Positions 50,067 through 60,548 of a stretch of 64,000 bases of DNA are shown one piece after another (within the stretch, counting starts at the first letter, position 1; each line of letters begins with the position of its first letter). This DNA comes from Anaerolineae bacterium (GTDB taxonomy: Bacteria; Chloroflexota; Anaerolineae; B4-G1; SLSP01): the NCBI GenBank assembly GCA_034437215.1, contig DAOTVC010000039.1, forward strand, positions 35,188 through 99,187. Direction: 5' to 3'. A program made the translations under genes and the position numbers. The notes below the pieces were generated by a model that saw only the letters and a list, made by a program, of their open reading frames with translations, was not told where the DNA came from and did no database searches.

Positions 50067-51065
50067 CTAGCTCTCGGCGCTCTCGGCCTCCGCGATGATG
50101 TCCCCCTGACGCAGGGCCTCCCGGGAGATCTCGAAACGCGGCTGTACCTTTCGCCAGAGGTAGAGCCCGCCCAGCACCAACCAGGGCACCCCCAGAGCGC
50201 CCAGCAGGAAAGCGGGGTGGGGCAGATGGGGCGCGCCCGAGAAGCGGTCGAGGTTGAAGAGGATGAGGACGATGGCCGTCCAGACCGTGAGGAAGTTGGG
50301 GATGGCATCCCCGGAGTGAATGGCCCCCAGACCGGGCGTGCGCTTCTTGGTCAGGGGCCAGAAGAGGTTGCTGCCCATGTAACCGCTCTGATCTTCGATC
50401 ACGTGGCCTGCAAAGCCCAGCCCCATCACGATCCCCGCCCACCTCCCCAGGAGCAGGGCTGCGACGAGCCCCAGCAGCAGGGCGACGACGAGGCTGTGGG
50501 TCCAGCGCCGGTGCCAGTCGAGGAAGTGGACGTAGAGCTTACCCTCCTCACGGGCGAAGCGAAAGGAGGGCCCGCTGAAGATGTTGATCTTGTACTCGGA
50601 GCTGTAGGTGTGGACGAGGGGCACGTCGAGCTTGCGCCGGGCCTCCGCGACCCCCTCGGGCTCCGTACCCGCGTAGGGCACCTGGCCGGTGTTGACCAGC
50701 GGCCCTACCCGCACGGCCACCTCACCGGCCTCGGGGTCGAAACGGATGGCGTACTCCCGCCAGAGATCCGGCCCCAGCCGGATGGTGTGCGCCATCACGT
50801 TCTGCGGTCGTCCCGACGCGTAGGCCTCCTGCATGGCAGCGACGAGAGCGTCGGCGATGGCCTCGGGGTCGGGGTCCGCTTCCGCCTCGATCTCCAGGTC
50901 GTACCTCTCGAAGTAGCGGGCGAACTTGAAGTCGAGGGTGTCGGGCAGGATCCCGCCGACGCCGCCCAGCATGGGCAAGAGAGCGCCGTCGGCTCCCGCT
51001 GCGACCACCTCGGGAAAGAAGGTCGCCAGCGCCACGCCCGTGATGAAGTGCGAGATACCTTTCAT
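50067..51065 (-). CDS. Membrane protein, possibly a DUF457/YdjM-type membrane-bound metal-dependent hydrolase carrying a ~140-aa soluble insertion
   Basis: N-terminal HFITGVALA.. and C-terminal H..D..LFWPL-type segments; family assignment is tentative. Confidence 0.35.
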   Translation of the reverse strand: MKGISHFITGVALATFFPEVVAAGADGALLPMLGGVGGILPDTLDFKFARYFERYDLEIEAEADPDPEAIADALVAAMQEAYASGRPQNVMAHTIRLGPDLWREYAIRFDPEAGEVAVRVGPLVNTGQVPYAGTEPEGVAEARRKLDVPLVHTYSSEYKINIFSGPSFRFAREEGKLYVHFLDWHRRWTHSLVVALLLGLVAALLLGRWAGIVMGLGFAGHVIEDQSGYMGSNLFWPLTKKRTPGLGAIHSGDAIPNFLTVWTAIVLILFNLDRFSGAPHLPHPAFLLGALGVPWLVLGGLYLWRKVQPRFEISREALRQGDIIAEAESAES

Positions 51066-51215
51066 GAGTTCATACCCCTTTCGAGAGTATTACCGCGAGA
51101 AGGAGCCAGGGATCAGGGATGAGGAGTCAAGATAGGAACACCGGCCTGACCTGTAGGCCCGTTGAAAATAGTCTGTCTGTATTTTAGCAACCCTAGCAAG
51201 CACACCCTCCAGCTC

Positions 51216-52628
51216 TCAGTGCTGGCGCCGCAGGTTCATCGGGTAGCGGCTGCGCAGACGCCCCCCACCCCGCTTCCCCCACCCGAGCGGCAAACCGTCG
51301 ACGGTGACGAGGACGTGGCCCGCGAGCCCTTCGTCGGGCCAGAAGCCGCCCCGCAGGAACTTGGCGATCCGCGGGTCGTCGGGCGCCAGGGAGATCGTAG
51401 TGGTCGCCTCCGAGGGCCGCAGCGCCATCGCCAGGGCGTGATTGGGCTCCACGCGTCCGTGGCGCAGGCTCGCCACCCACCAGCCGGGTCGCAGCACCCG
51501 CAGCCCCTCCCAGTAAGAGGGGGCCAGCGGCACGACGTAGAGCTGGTCGTCGGAGCTCAAGACCAGCCCCGCCTCCGGGGGCGCGCCCTGCAGGGCGGGT
51601 CCCACCCACTCCCGGTAGAGATTCAACACCCGTCCGGGCACCTCGTTGGCCTCCCACTGCAGCGGTAGAGGCCCGGCAGGCTCACCCCGCCGGTGGAGCA
51701 GCGCGTAGAAGTGCCCGTGTCCGGGCCCCCGGTGGGGCCAGAAGCGCCCCGCACCCCGCAGGGTCTCCGGCGCCCCCACCCACTCGGGGTGCCCGGGATA
51801 GAGTCCCGGGAGATCGGGGAGAGTCGCCACCTCGAAGTCGGGATGGGCAGCGAGAAAGGCGGCGACGGTGCCCTCGTTCTCCTCCGGGGAGAAGGTACAG
51901 GTGCCGTAGAGGAGGCGTCCGCCCGGACGGACGAGGGGCGCGGCTTGATCCAGAATCCCCTGCTGGCGGTGCGAGTAGGTTTTCACCGTTTCCCCGCTCC
52001 AGTCGGCGAGGGAGCGTGGGTCGCGCGCGAAGGTCCCCTCCCCCGAACAGGGTGCGTCCACGAGCGCCGCGTCGAAGAGCCCGGCCCACCGCTCCGCCAG
52101 GCGGTCGGGGTACTCGTTGGTGATCAGAGCCTGGGTCACCCCCATCCGCTCGACGTTCATCGCCAACACCGAAGCCCGGTGGCGGTGTACCTCGTTGGCC
52201 ACGAGCACGCCCTGGTTTTCCATCCGCGCTGCGAGGTGGGTGGCCTTGCCGCCGGGGGCTGCGGTCAGATCGATCACCCACTCGCCGGGCCGGGGCTGCA
52301 GCAAGCAGGCGGCGGCCATCGCGCTGGGGTCCTGGACGTAGTAGAGCCCGGCGGTGTGGTAGGGGTGGCGGCCCACCGCCTCCTCGTCCTCGGGGAACCA
52401 GCGCCCTTCAGCGCACCAGGGCACCGGCTCCGTCTCCCAGGGGAGACGGGCGAGCAGCTCGGGGAGCGCTCCCCGAGCTGCATTCAGACGGAGGCCGACG
52501 TCCCGCCGGGCCAGGGCCGCCAGGAAGGGTTCGAGCTCCCCGGCGCCCAGCCATGCGGCCATCCGCTCGCGGAAAGCCGCAGGCCAATCAGGCTGCCCCT
52601 CAACCCCATTCACATCCCCACCCCGCAA
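51216..52628 (-). CDS. 16S rRNA (cytosine-C5) methyltransferase of the RsmB/RsmF (NOL1/NOP2/Sun) family
   Basis: SAM-binding DLTAAPGGKAT and catalytic DAPCSGEG motifs; 470 aa suggests RsmF-like. Confidence 0.8.
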   Translation of the reverse strand: MRGGDVNGVEGQPDWPAAFRERMAAWLGAGELEPFLAALARRDVGLRLNAARGALPELLARLPWETEPVPWCAEGRWFPEDEEAVGRHPYHTAGLYYVQDPSAMAAACLLQPRPGEWVIDLTAAPGGKATHLAARMENQGVLVANEVHRHRASVLAMNVERMGVTQALITNEYPDRLAERWAGLFDAALVDAPCSGEGTFARDPRSLADWSGETVKTYSHRQQGILDQAAPLVRPGGRLLYGTCTFSPEENEGTVAAFLAAHPDFEVATLPDLPGLYPGHPEWVGAPETLRGAGRFWPHRGPGHGHFYALLHRRGEPAGPLPLQWEANEVPGRVLNLYREWVGPALQGAPPEAGLVLSSDDQLYVVPLAPSYWEGLRVLRPGWWVASLRHGRVEPNHALAMALRPSEATTTISLAPDDPRIAKFLRGGFWPDEGLAGHVLVTVDGLPLGWGKRGGGRLRSRYPMNLRRQH

Positions 52629-52705
52629 TCGATGAACGTCCTCTTCAGCAAGGATCTCGCTCTTGCATCAGGCATTACACAGTACGAGATATGCAATAGT
52701 CCGCC

Positions 52706-53959
52706 CTACTCCTTCTCGTAGGGTTGGCCGTCGGCGGCGGGCGCCCGCGTGCGCCCCACCACCCCGGCCAGGACGATCATCGTCACCAGGTAGGGGGCCA
52801 TGAGCAGGAACTGCGACGGGATCGGCACCTGCATGATGGCCAACTTCGTCTGCAGGGAGTCGGCAAAGCCGAAGATCAGGGAGGCTCCGAAGGCCCCGAT
52901 GGGATTCCAATTGCCGAAGATCATCGCAGCCAGGCCGATGAAGCCCTTGCCCGCCGTCATCAGCTCGTCGAAGCGGGCCACGGAGCTGAGAACCAGGTAG
53001 GCGCCGCCCAAGCCGCCCACGACGCCCCCGAGGATGACGTTGAGGTAGCGCATCTGAAAGACGTCGATGCCCAGGGTGTCGGCGGCGCGGGGATGCTCCC
53101 CGACGGCGCGGGTGCGCAACCCCCACCGCGTGTAGAAGAGCGCCACGTAGATGGTGAAGACCAGAATGATGGTGAGATAGACGGGGATGGTGCTTCTGAA
53201 AAGCACCGATCCGATGACGGGAATGCGGCTGAGAAGGGGGAGAGAGAGTCCGCTAAAGGTGGCGGGGCTGTTGAGAGCCGCGTTCTGCTGAAGATAGCGG
53301 GAGCTGAAGTAGCTGGTGAGCCCCGTCGCCAGGATGTTGATAGCCGTACCCGCGATGATCTGATCGACCTTGTAACGGATGGCGAGCACCGCTAACATGG
53401 CCCCCATCAACCCACCGGCGAGGAGGGCCGCGATCAGGCCGACCCAGACGTTGTCGCTCACACTGCCGATCAGCGCCGAGATAAAGGCGCCCGTGAGCAT
53501 CATCCCCTCGATGCCGATGTTGACGACGCCACTGCGCTCGCAGAGAATACCGCTCAGCGCAGCCAGGACGATGGGGATGGAGCGCAGCAGGGTGGACTGC
53601 AACATCCCGGTGACGTTCATCGACCTGCCCCGGGCCGCCCAGGTCAGAAAGGCCAGGATGAAGAAGAAAGCCACGAAGCCCAGAGCGAGGTTTTGCCGCT
53701 TAAAACCCCTGGCCAATTGCCAGACTCCCAGCGCTCCGTTGATAAACGCCATAACAGAGAGGAAGAGACGGGTATTGAAAGTGAGATCCCCAATCAAGAG
53801 AACGTCGCCCCGGGCGCCCCAGGTGAAGGTGGTCTCCAGATCGGCAGGTGTGCTGGCTACGAAGAGCAACAAGATGGCCAGGGCTGCCACAATGAAGGTA
53901 ATGCCCAGGCCGATGCGCCTGCCGGTTCCACGTTTTTCGATAACGATTTGTTGTTCCAT
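52706..53959 (-). CDS. ABC transporter permease for the BMP/nucleoside-type system
   Basis: Polytopic permease in an operon with the BMP substrate-binding proteins. Confidence 0.75.
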   Translation of the reverse strand: MEQQIVIEKRGTGRRIGLGITFIVAALAILLLFVASTPADLETTFTWGARGDVLLIGDLTFNTRLFLSVMAFINGALGVWQLARGFKRQNLALGFVAFFFILAFLTWAARGRSMNVTGMLQSTLLRSIPIVLAALSGILCERSGVVNIGIEGMMLTGAFISALIGSVSDNVWVGLIAALLAGGLMGAMLAVLAIRYKVDQIIAGTAINILATGLTSYFSSRYLQQNAALNSPATFSGLSLPLLSRIPVIGSVLFRSTIPVYLTIILVFTIYVALFYTRWGLRTRAVGEHPRAADTLGIDVFQMRYLNVILGGVVGGLGGAYLVLSSVARFDELMTAGKGFIGLAAMIFGNWNPIGAFGASLIFGFADSLQTKLAIMQVPIPSQFLLMAPYLVTMIVLAGVVGRTRAPAADGQPYEKE

Positions 53960-53974
53960 GTCATTCTCCTGCCT

Positions 53975-55168
53975 TTAGCCCCAACCCCGGGTCAACACTA
54001 ACTCCTGCTCCTTCTCCACACGGACCCGGTAGAGGGTCCGGATGATGGCGGGAGCAGCGACGAAGACGATGATAAGCCCCTGCAGGATGGAGGTGATATC
54101 GATGGGGATTTTCGCGACGCCCTGCATGTTGGTGGCGCCCGCCCGCAGGGCACCAAAGAGGAGCGACGCGAGCACCACGCCCAGAGGGTGGCTCTTCCCC
54201 AAGAGGGCCAGGGCAATGGCGTCGAAGCCGTACCCTGCATAGAAAGCGTTGGGCATGAAGCGAATGACGCCGAGAATATCCGCCGGAGCAGCCAACCCCG
54301 CCAAGCCTCCGCTGATGAGCATCGTCACCAGGATGATCTTCGGAACGTTGATGCCTGCGTAGCGCGCGGCGTCGGGGCTCTGGCCGACGGTGCGGATCTC
54401 GTAGCCCAGGGTGGTCTTGAAGAGCAGCCACCAGACGAAAGCGGCGGCCACCAGGGCCAGAATAAAACCGGCGTTCAAGCGGATGGTGGAGTCGGAGGGG
54501 AAGAACTGGGGCAGATAGGCGGAGGGCTGCACCTGAGGGCTGACCGGGCGGTAGCCCTCGCGGGCCATCGGCCCGCCCACGTCCAGCATGAACTCCGCCA
54601 GCCGGTAAGCGATGTAGTTCATCATGATGGAGTTGATGACCTCGTGCGCCCCGGTCTTGGCTTTAAGCACGCCCACGATGCCCGCCCAGACCGCTCCGCC
54701 CGCGATGCCGGCCAGCAGGGCCAGGGGCAGGTGCACAATCATGGGCAGTCCCGTGAGGCTGTAGCCGACGTAGACGCTGGTGAGCCCGGCGACGAAGTAC
54801 TGGCCCTCGGCGCCGATGTTGAAGAGTCCGCCCTGAAAGCCGAAGGCCACCGCCAGTCCGGCAAAGATGTAGGGGGTGGCGATGCGCAGCGTCTCGGTGA
54901 TGTGGTAGAGATCGCCGAAGGCTCCCACGGCGAAGGCGCCGTACGCCAGGGAGATCACCTCCCAGGCGCGCCGGAGCCCCGCGCCTATCCCCTCGCCGAA
55001 GGCGGCGATGACCGTATCGTCGGTGATGATAATCAAAAGCGCGCCCAAAATCAGCGCCGTGACGATGGCCAGAACCGGAATCAAGAGGCTCTGCAGCGTA
55101 CCCCGGGATAGCTCCCACCGGGATGCGTCCTTGCGTTCTTCCCGTTCTCGTCTCTCGTTGTCGTTCAT
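53975..55168 (-). CDS. ABC transporter permease for the BMP/nucleoside-type system
   Basis: Polytopic permease; the 4-nt overlap with the ATPase gene indicates translational coupling. Confidence 0.75.
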   Translation of the reverse strand: MNDNERREREERKDASRWELSRGTLQSLLIPVLAIVTALILGALLIIITDDTVIAAFGEGIGAGLRRAWEVISLAYGAFAVGAFGDLYHITETLRIATPYIFAGLAVAFGFQGGLFNIGAEGQYFVAGLTSVYVGYSLTGLPMIVHLPLALLAGIAGGAVWAGIVGVLKAKTGAHEVINSIMMNYIAYRLAEFMLDVGGPMAREGYRPVSPQVQPSAYLPQFFPSDSTIRLNAGFILALVAAAFVWWLLFKTTLGYEIRTVGQSPDAARYAGINVPKIILVTMLISGGLAGLAAPADILGVIRFMPNAFYAGYGFDAIALALLGKSHPLGVVLASLLFGALRAGATNMQGVAKIPIDITSILQGLIIVFVAAPAIIRTLYRVRVEKEQELVLTRGWG

Positions 55169-56724
55169 AGTGTCTCTCCCGGCTCGATGATGATGTCCCT
55201 TTCGGCTTCTTCCCGAGAACGCACGCCGGCCATCAGCAGTCCGATCTTCTCCTTGGTCGCCTCCTCGGCGGGCACCACGTCCATAATCTCGCCCTCGTAT
55301 ATGACGATGATGCGGTCAGTCAGCCCCAGGACCTCGTCCAGCTCGGCGGAGACGACGAAGACGGCGGCGCCCTCGTCGCGCTTCTTCACCAGCTGTGAGT
55401 GGATGTACTCGATGGAGCCCACGTCGAGGCCGCGGGTAGGCTGCGAAGCGATGACCAGCTTCACCTCCCGGCTCAGCTCGCGGGCCACGATCACCTTCTG
55501 CTGATTCCCACCGGAGAGATTGCTCACCGGTGTCAGGATGTCCGGGGTCCGGATGTCATACTCCCCGACGAGCCGTTCGGCGCGCTCCGCGACGGCGCCC
55601 TGCTGCATCACCGGCCCCCGCGCGATGGGCGGCAGATAGTAGGTGTTCAGAATCAGGTTGTCGGCGACGGAGTAGCCCAGCACCAGCCCGTTACGCTGGC
55701 GATCCTCGGGGATGTGCGCCGTCCCCGCCTCGGTGATCACGCGCGGCGAGCGGTTGGTGACCGCCTGGCCCAGAATCTCGATGGAGCCGCCCGCCACCCC
55801 ACGCAGACCGGTGAGAGCCTCCACGAGCTCGGTCTGTCCGTTGCCCTGGACGCCCGCCACGCCCACGATCTCACCGGCGTGCACCTCGAAGGAGATGCCC
55901 TTCAGGGCGACCTCGCCGTGCTCGCCCAGCACCTGCAGATCGTCCACGTCCAGGATGATCTCGTCGGGATGGGCCTCCTCCTTCGAGACCTCCAGGAGAA
56001 CTTCGCGGCCCACCATCATGGCGGCCAGATCCTTCTCACTGCTCTCCTCGGGCGTCGTCTCCCCCACCTGCTTGCCCCCTCGCAGAACGACGATGCGATC
56101 CGCCAGGGCCAGGACCTCCTTCAGCTTGTGGGAGATGAAGATGACCGACTTGCCCTGCGAGACCAGCGACTCGATGACCTCGAAGAGCCCCTCCACCTCC
56201 TGGGGGGTCAGGACCGCCGTCGGCTCATCGAGGATCAGAATGTCGGCGTTGCGGTAGAGGAGCTTGATGATCTCTACCCGCTGCTGCAACCCCACGGGGA
56301 GATCGCCCACCAGGGCTCGGGGATCGACCTGCAGCCCGTACCGCTCGGAGATCTCGCGAATCCTCTCCGCTGCTGCCTTCCGATCCAAAAAGACGCCGTT
56401 CTTGAGGGACTCCATCCCCAACATCACGTTCTCCGTCACGGTGAAGACGGGGACGAGCATGAAGTGCTGGTGCACCATGCCGATACCCAGGTCGATGGCG
56501 TCGTTGGAGTCCTCGATGGTGACCTTCTCACCACGGACGTAGATCTCGCCCTCGTCGGGCGCGTAGAGGCCGTAGAGCACGTTCATCAACGTGGTCTTGC
56601 CGGCTCCGTTCTCCCCCAAAAGCGCGACCACCTCCCCTTCGTGCAGCGTGAGATCGACGTGATCGTTGGCCAGCACGCCCGGGAAGCGTTTGGTGATGTC
56701 CTTCAGTTCCAGAACCGGGGGCAT
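55165..56724 (-). CDS. ABC transporter ATP-binding protein with two fused ATPase domains
   Basis: Two Walker A motifs (GENGAGKTT; GVQGNGQTE) and two LSGG signatures; 519 aa. Confidence 0.85.
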   Translation of the reverse strand: MPPVLELKDITKRFPGVLANDHVDLTLHEGEVVALLGENGAGKTTLMNVLYGLYAPDEGEIYVRGEKVTIEDSNDAIDLGIGMVHQHFMLVPVFTVTENVMLGMESLKNGVFLDRKAAAERIREISERYGLQVDPRALVGDLPVGLQQRVEIIKLLYRNADILILDEPTAVLTPQEVEGLFEVIESLVSQGKSVIFISHKLKEVLALADRIVVLRGGKQVGETTPEESSEKDLAAMMVGREVLLEVSKEEAHPDEIILDVDDLQVLGEHGEVALKGISFEVHAGEIVGVAGVQGNGQTELVEALTGLRGVAGGSIEILGQAVTNRSPRVITEAGTAHIPEDRQRNGLVLGYSVADNLILNTYYLPPIARGPVMQQGAVAERAERLVGEYDIRTPDILTPVSNLSGGNQQKVIVARELSREVKLVIASQPTRGLDVGSIEYIHSQLVKKRDEGAAVFVVSAELDEVLGLTDRIIVIYEGEIMDVVPAEEATKEKIGLLMAGVRSREEAERDIIIEPGETL

Positions 56725-56861
56725 ACCTCCTCCTTGAAACTTGTCGGCTATGAATCAGGAATGATGCAAGGTGGGATGCGTAGCGCGTGACCCACGGCCA
56801 CACACTACGCATCCCTTTTCTCACGAAACTCGGGTAGGTGCGCTATGCACACCAGATCTTT

Positions 56862-57959
56862 CTACTGGCTGGACCCCAGATAGGTGTCCCAGCCGGTGTC
56901 GATCTCGCCGTCGATGATGCTCTGGCGAATGTTCTCCACCTCGCCCATCACCTCCTCGGCGACCACACCCTCAGTGACGGGGGCGATGCCCACGCCGTCG
57001 TTCTCCAGCGTGCCGATGTAGGGCGCCTGCCCCTCGAAGTTCTCGAAGTCGGGCTCCAACATCAGGGCGATGGTATCGTAGACGGCGTTGTCCATCCACT
57101 TCACCACGCTGGTCAGGACGATGTCGGCGTACTCGGGAGCGCTGAAGGTCCAGTCGGTGTCCACACCGATGATCCAGGCGTCGCCCTGCTCCTGCACGGC
57201 CTGCGCGGAGCCCAGCCCCACGGGACCGGCGACGGGCATGATGACGTCGGCGCCCTCGGACAGGAACTCCTCGGCCACCCGGCGCCCATCGGAGGTGGAC
57301 TCGAAGTTGCCGACGAAGACGCCGTCCGCCTCTGCGGTGCTCCACCCTAACAGCTCCACGTCGGCGTCGTGCTGCTCGTTGTAGTACTCGACGCCCGACT
57401 GGAAGCCGACCATGAAGATGGTCACGGTGGGGATCTTGATCCCGCCGTAGGTGGCGACGATGCCGGTCTGGGTCGCGGCTGCGGCCAGGTATCCGGCCAG
57501 GAAGCCGGCCTCGTCGGTGGCAAAGCTCAGACCCCGGACGTTCAGGTATTGACCGCCGTAGTCGTAGTCGACGATGGCAAACATCGTCTCGGGGTTCTGC
57601 TGGGCAAACTCCTCGGTGGCGTCAGCGAGCAGGAAGCCGACGGTGACGATCAGATCGGTCTCCTGCCGGAGCAGCTGGTTGATGTTCGTAGCATAGTCGG
57701 TCTGCTGCTGGGACTCCAGCACCGTGCCCTCGACGTTCAGCTCCTCCCTGGCGCGTTCAACGCCCCGCCAGGAAGTCTGGTTGAAGGAGCGGTCGTCCAC
57801 GCCGCCGATGTCGGTGACCATGCCGACGAGGAGAGTCGGCTCCTCCGGCGTCTCCTCGGTGGGCGCCTCCGTCGGAGTCGCTTCGTCTCCCCCACAGGCG
57901 GTCAGCAGCATGCTGACCACGACGAACAGACTCAGTAACATCCACAAACTCTTACGCAT
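56862..57959 (-). CDS. BMP-family (PnrA-like) ABC substrate-binding lipoprotein
   Basis: Lipobox LLTAC; BMP-family sequence. ATG at 57959 has an AGGAGGG RBS; the track ORF is extended to 58022. Confidence 0.8.
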   Translation of the reverse strand: MRKSLWMLLSLFVVVSMLLTACGGDEATPTEAPTEETPEEPTLLVGMVTDIGGVDDRSFNQTSWRGVERAREELNVEGTVLESQQQTDYATNINQLLRQETDLIVTVGFLLADATEEFAQQNPETMFAIVDYDYGGQYLNVRGLSFATDEAGFLAGYLAAAATQTGIVATYGGIKIPTVTIFMVGFQSGVEYYNEQHDADVELLGWSTAEADGVFVGNFESTSDGRRVAEEFLSEGADVIMPVAGPVGLGSAQAVQEQGDAWIIGVDTDWTFSAPEYADIVLTSVVKWMDNAVYDTIALMLEPDFENFEGQAPYIGTLENDGVGIAPVTEGVVAEEVMGEVENIRQSIIDGEIDTGWDTYLGSSQ

Positions 57960-58261
57960 TGGTATCCCTCCTGCTAAAGTTAACAATCGTACCGACCGCC
58001 AGATTCTCCTCTGCTTTCGCACACCTCCTTAGATTAGGAACTGGGACTTGTTGGTCAGTGGGCCCGGAGGATCCGCAGGTACCAAGTGGGACGCGGTCCC
58101 TGGGCGCCTCTACCTTCAATTATACTCCAGCCGCTTGAGGGTCGCAATTGGCGCCCCCAGGTGGGGGCGCTTCAGGGACAACAACAGACGAGGACGGAAG
58201 GTGGGCACAAGTAAGGAGGGGGTGGATCACCACCCCCTCCTTGAATGGGTACGAGAAGTGC

Positions 58262-60373
58262 TTACTCGCTCAGGCCGGCCAGGTAGGCGCTCCAACCGGT
58301 TTCAATGTCCCCGGCGATGATGCCCTGCTTGACCTGCTCGATCTCGTCCAGCACCTCGGCAGAGACGGCGCCGCTGGCGACGGGGGCGATGCCCACACCG
58401 CTGTTCTGCAGCGTGCCCAGGTAGGTCTCCCCACCGAAGCTCGAGAAGTTCTCGCGGGCCACCTTCTTAATAGTGTCGAAGACTGCCACGTTCATGTTCT
58501 TGAGGACGCTGGTGAGGATGATCTCCTCGTACTCACCCGCGCTCACCGCCCAGTCGGTGTCCACGCCGATGATCCAGGCGTCACCCGCCTCTTTCACCGC
58601 CTGCGCGGAGCCCAGCCCCACGGGACCGGCGACGGGCATGATGACGTCGGCGCCCTCGGCCAGGAACTCCTCGGCCACCCGGCGCCCGTCGTCCGTCGAC
58701 TCGAAGTTGCCGACGAAGACGCCGTTGTTCTCGGCGGTGTTCCAGCCCAGAACCTCGACGTCGGCGTCGTACTGCTCGTTGTAGTAGGCCACACCGGCCT
58801 CAAAACCCACCATGAAGATGGTCACGGGCGGGATATTGATGCCCCCGAAGGTAGCCACCCGGCCCGTCTGCGTGGCCGCCGCCGCCGCGTAGCCGGCGAG
58901 GAAGCCCGCCTGATCGGTGGCAAAGGTCAGCCCGCGCACGTTCTCGATGGGGGGATCGTAGGCGAAATCGACGATGGCGAAGTTGGTATCGGGGTTGTCC
59001 TGCGCGAACTGTGCCGTGTCGTCGGCCAGCAGGAAGCCCACGGTCACGATGAGATCGGTATCCTGCTGCAGGTACTGGGTGAGGTTGGTGGCGTAGTCCG
59101 TCTGCTGCTGGGACTCCAGGTAGGAGCCCTCGACGTTCAGCTCGGTTATGGCCCGGACGATGCCCTGCCAGGCCGTCGCGTTGAAGGACTTGTCGTCGAT
59201 GCCGCCGATGTCGGTCACCATCCCGACGGAGATCTCGCGGTACTCGGGCTCCGCGGGGGCCACCCCCAGGGACTCGAGGTAGGCGCCCCAACCCGTTGCC
59301 AGCTCACCGGCGATAATCTGCCCCTTGATCTGCTCCAGCTCCTGGCGCAGATCAGCGTCGATGGTGCCCTCAGCAACCGCGGCGATACCCACGCCGTTGT
59401 TCTCCAGCGTGCCCAGGTAGGGCTCCCCGCCGAAGTCGGTGAAGCCGGGGGCGGCCACCCTCTCGATGGTGTCGAAGACCGCCACGTCCATGTTCTTGAG
59501 GACGCTGGTGAAGATGACGTCCTCGTACTCGGGCGCGCTCACCGCCCAGTCGGTGTCCACGCCGATGATCCAGGCGTCACCCGCCTCTTTCACCGCCTGC
59601 GCGGAGCCCAGCCCCACGGGACCGGCGACGGGCATGATGATGTCGGCGCCCTCGGCCAGGAACTCCTCGGCCACCCGACGCCCGTCGTCCGTCGACTCGA
59701 AGTTGCCGACGAAGACCCCGTTGTTCTCGGCGGTGTTCCAGCCCAGAACCTCGACGTCGGCGTCGTGCTGCTCATTGTAGTAGGCCACACCGGCCTCAAA
59801 ACCCACCATGAAGATGGTCACGGGCGGGATATTGATGCCCCCGAAGGTAGCCACCTTGCCCGTCTGCGTGGCCGCTGCCGCCGCGTAGCCGGCGAGGAAA
59901 CCCGCCTCGTCGGTGGCGAAGGTCAGCCCGCGCACGTTGGGGTAAGCGCCGCCGTAGGAGTAGTCGACGATGGCGAAGTTGACATCGGGGTTGGATTCCG
60001 CGAACTGCGCCGTGTCGTCGGCCAGCAGGAAGCCCACGGTCACGATGAGGTTGGCGTCCTGCTGCACGTACTGGGTGATGTTGGTGGCATAGTCCGTCTG
60101 CTGCTGGGACTCCAGGTAGGAGCCCTCGACGTTCAGCTCCTCGATGGCGCGCTCGATGCCCTGCCAGGCCGTCGCGTTGAAGGATTTGTCGTCGATACCG
60201 CCGATGTCGGTCACCATGCCGACGAGGAGAGTCGGCTCCTCCGGCGTCTCCTCGGTGGGCTCCTCCGTTACCGGCGGCTCCGTCGGTTCGGGCACCGGCG
60301 TGGGCCGGCAGGCACCCAGCAACATCGAGACGACGAGCACCAGGCTCAACAGTAACCAAAACTTCTTCTGCAT
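58262..60373 (-). CDS. Fused tandem-duplicated BMP-family substrate-binding lipoprotein (two complete BMP domains, 703 aa)
   Basis: Lipobox LLGAC. The two halves are about 90% identical to each other and to the downstream single substrate-binding protein. Confidence 0.8.
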   Translation of the reverse strand: MQKKFWLLLSLVLVVSMLLGACRPTPVPEPTEPPVTEEPTEETPEEPTLLVGMVTDIGGIDDKSFNATAWQGIERAIEELNVEGSYLESQQQTDYATNITQYVQQDANLIVTVGFLLADDTAQFAESNPDVNFAIVDYSYGGAYPNVRGLTFATDEAGFLAGYAAAAATQTGKVATFGGINIPPVTIFMVGFEAGVAYYNEQHDADVEVLGWNTAENNGVFVGNFESTDDGRRVAEEFLAEGADIIMPVAGPVGLGSAQAVKEAGDAWIIGVDTDWAVSAPEYEDVIFTSVLKNMDVAVFDTIERVAAPGFTDFGGEPYLGTLENNGVGIAAVAEGTIDADLRQELEQIKGQIIAGELATGWGAYLESLGVAPAEPEYREISVGMVTDIGGIDDKSFNATAWQGIVRAITELNVEGSYLESQQQTDYATNLTQYLQQDTDLIVTVGFLLADDTAQFAQDNPDTNFAIVDFAYDPPIENVRGLTFATDQAGFLAGYAAAAATQTGRVATFGGINIPPVTIFMVGFEAGVAYYNEQYDADVEVLGWNTAENNGVFVGNFESTDDGRRVAEEFLAEGADVIMPVAGPVGLGSAQAVKEAGDAWIIGVDTDWAVSAGEYEEIILTSVLKNMNVAVFDTIKKVARENFSSFGGETYLGTLQNSGVGIAPVASGAVSAEVLDEIEQVKQGIIAGDIETGWSAYLAGLSE

Positions 60374-60519
60374 TGATCTCCTCCTAAATAGTTGGAAATT
60401 GGGGTTTAAAGGTTTGGGTGGTAGTCATTGACCTCTCTGTTGGATGAAATTCTACCTCCTCTGAAGAAGATTGTGGGGTCGAACACCAGACGCCGGATGT
60501 GGCTTGAACATCCTCTCCG

Positions 60520-60548
60520 ATTATACCGCTAGAGTGCCGCCGGGACAA
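60520..60548 (-). promoter_or_regulatory. Promoter of the BMP operon: TTGTCC-N17-TATAAT on the minus strand, followed by a ~150-nt 5' UTR and AGGAGGA RBS
   Basis: Read from the reverse complement. Confidence 0.45.
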
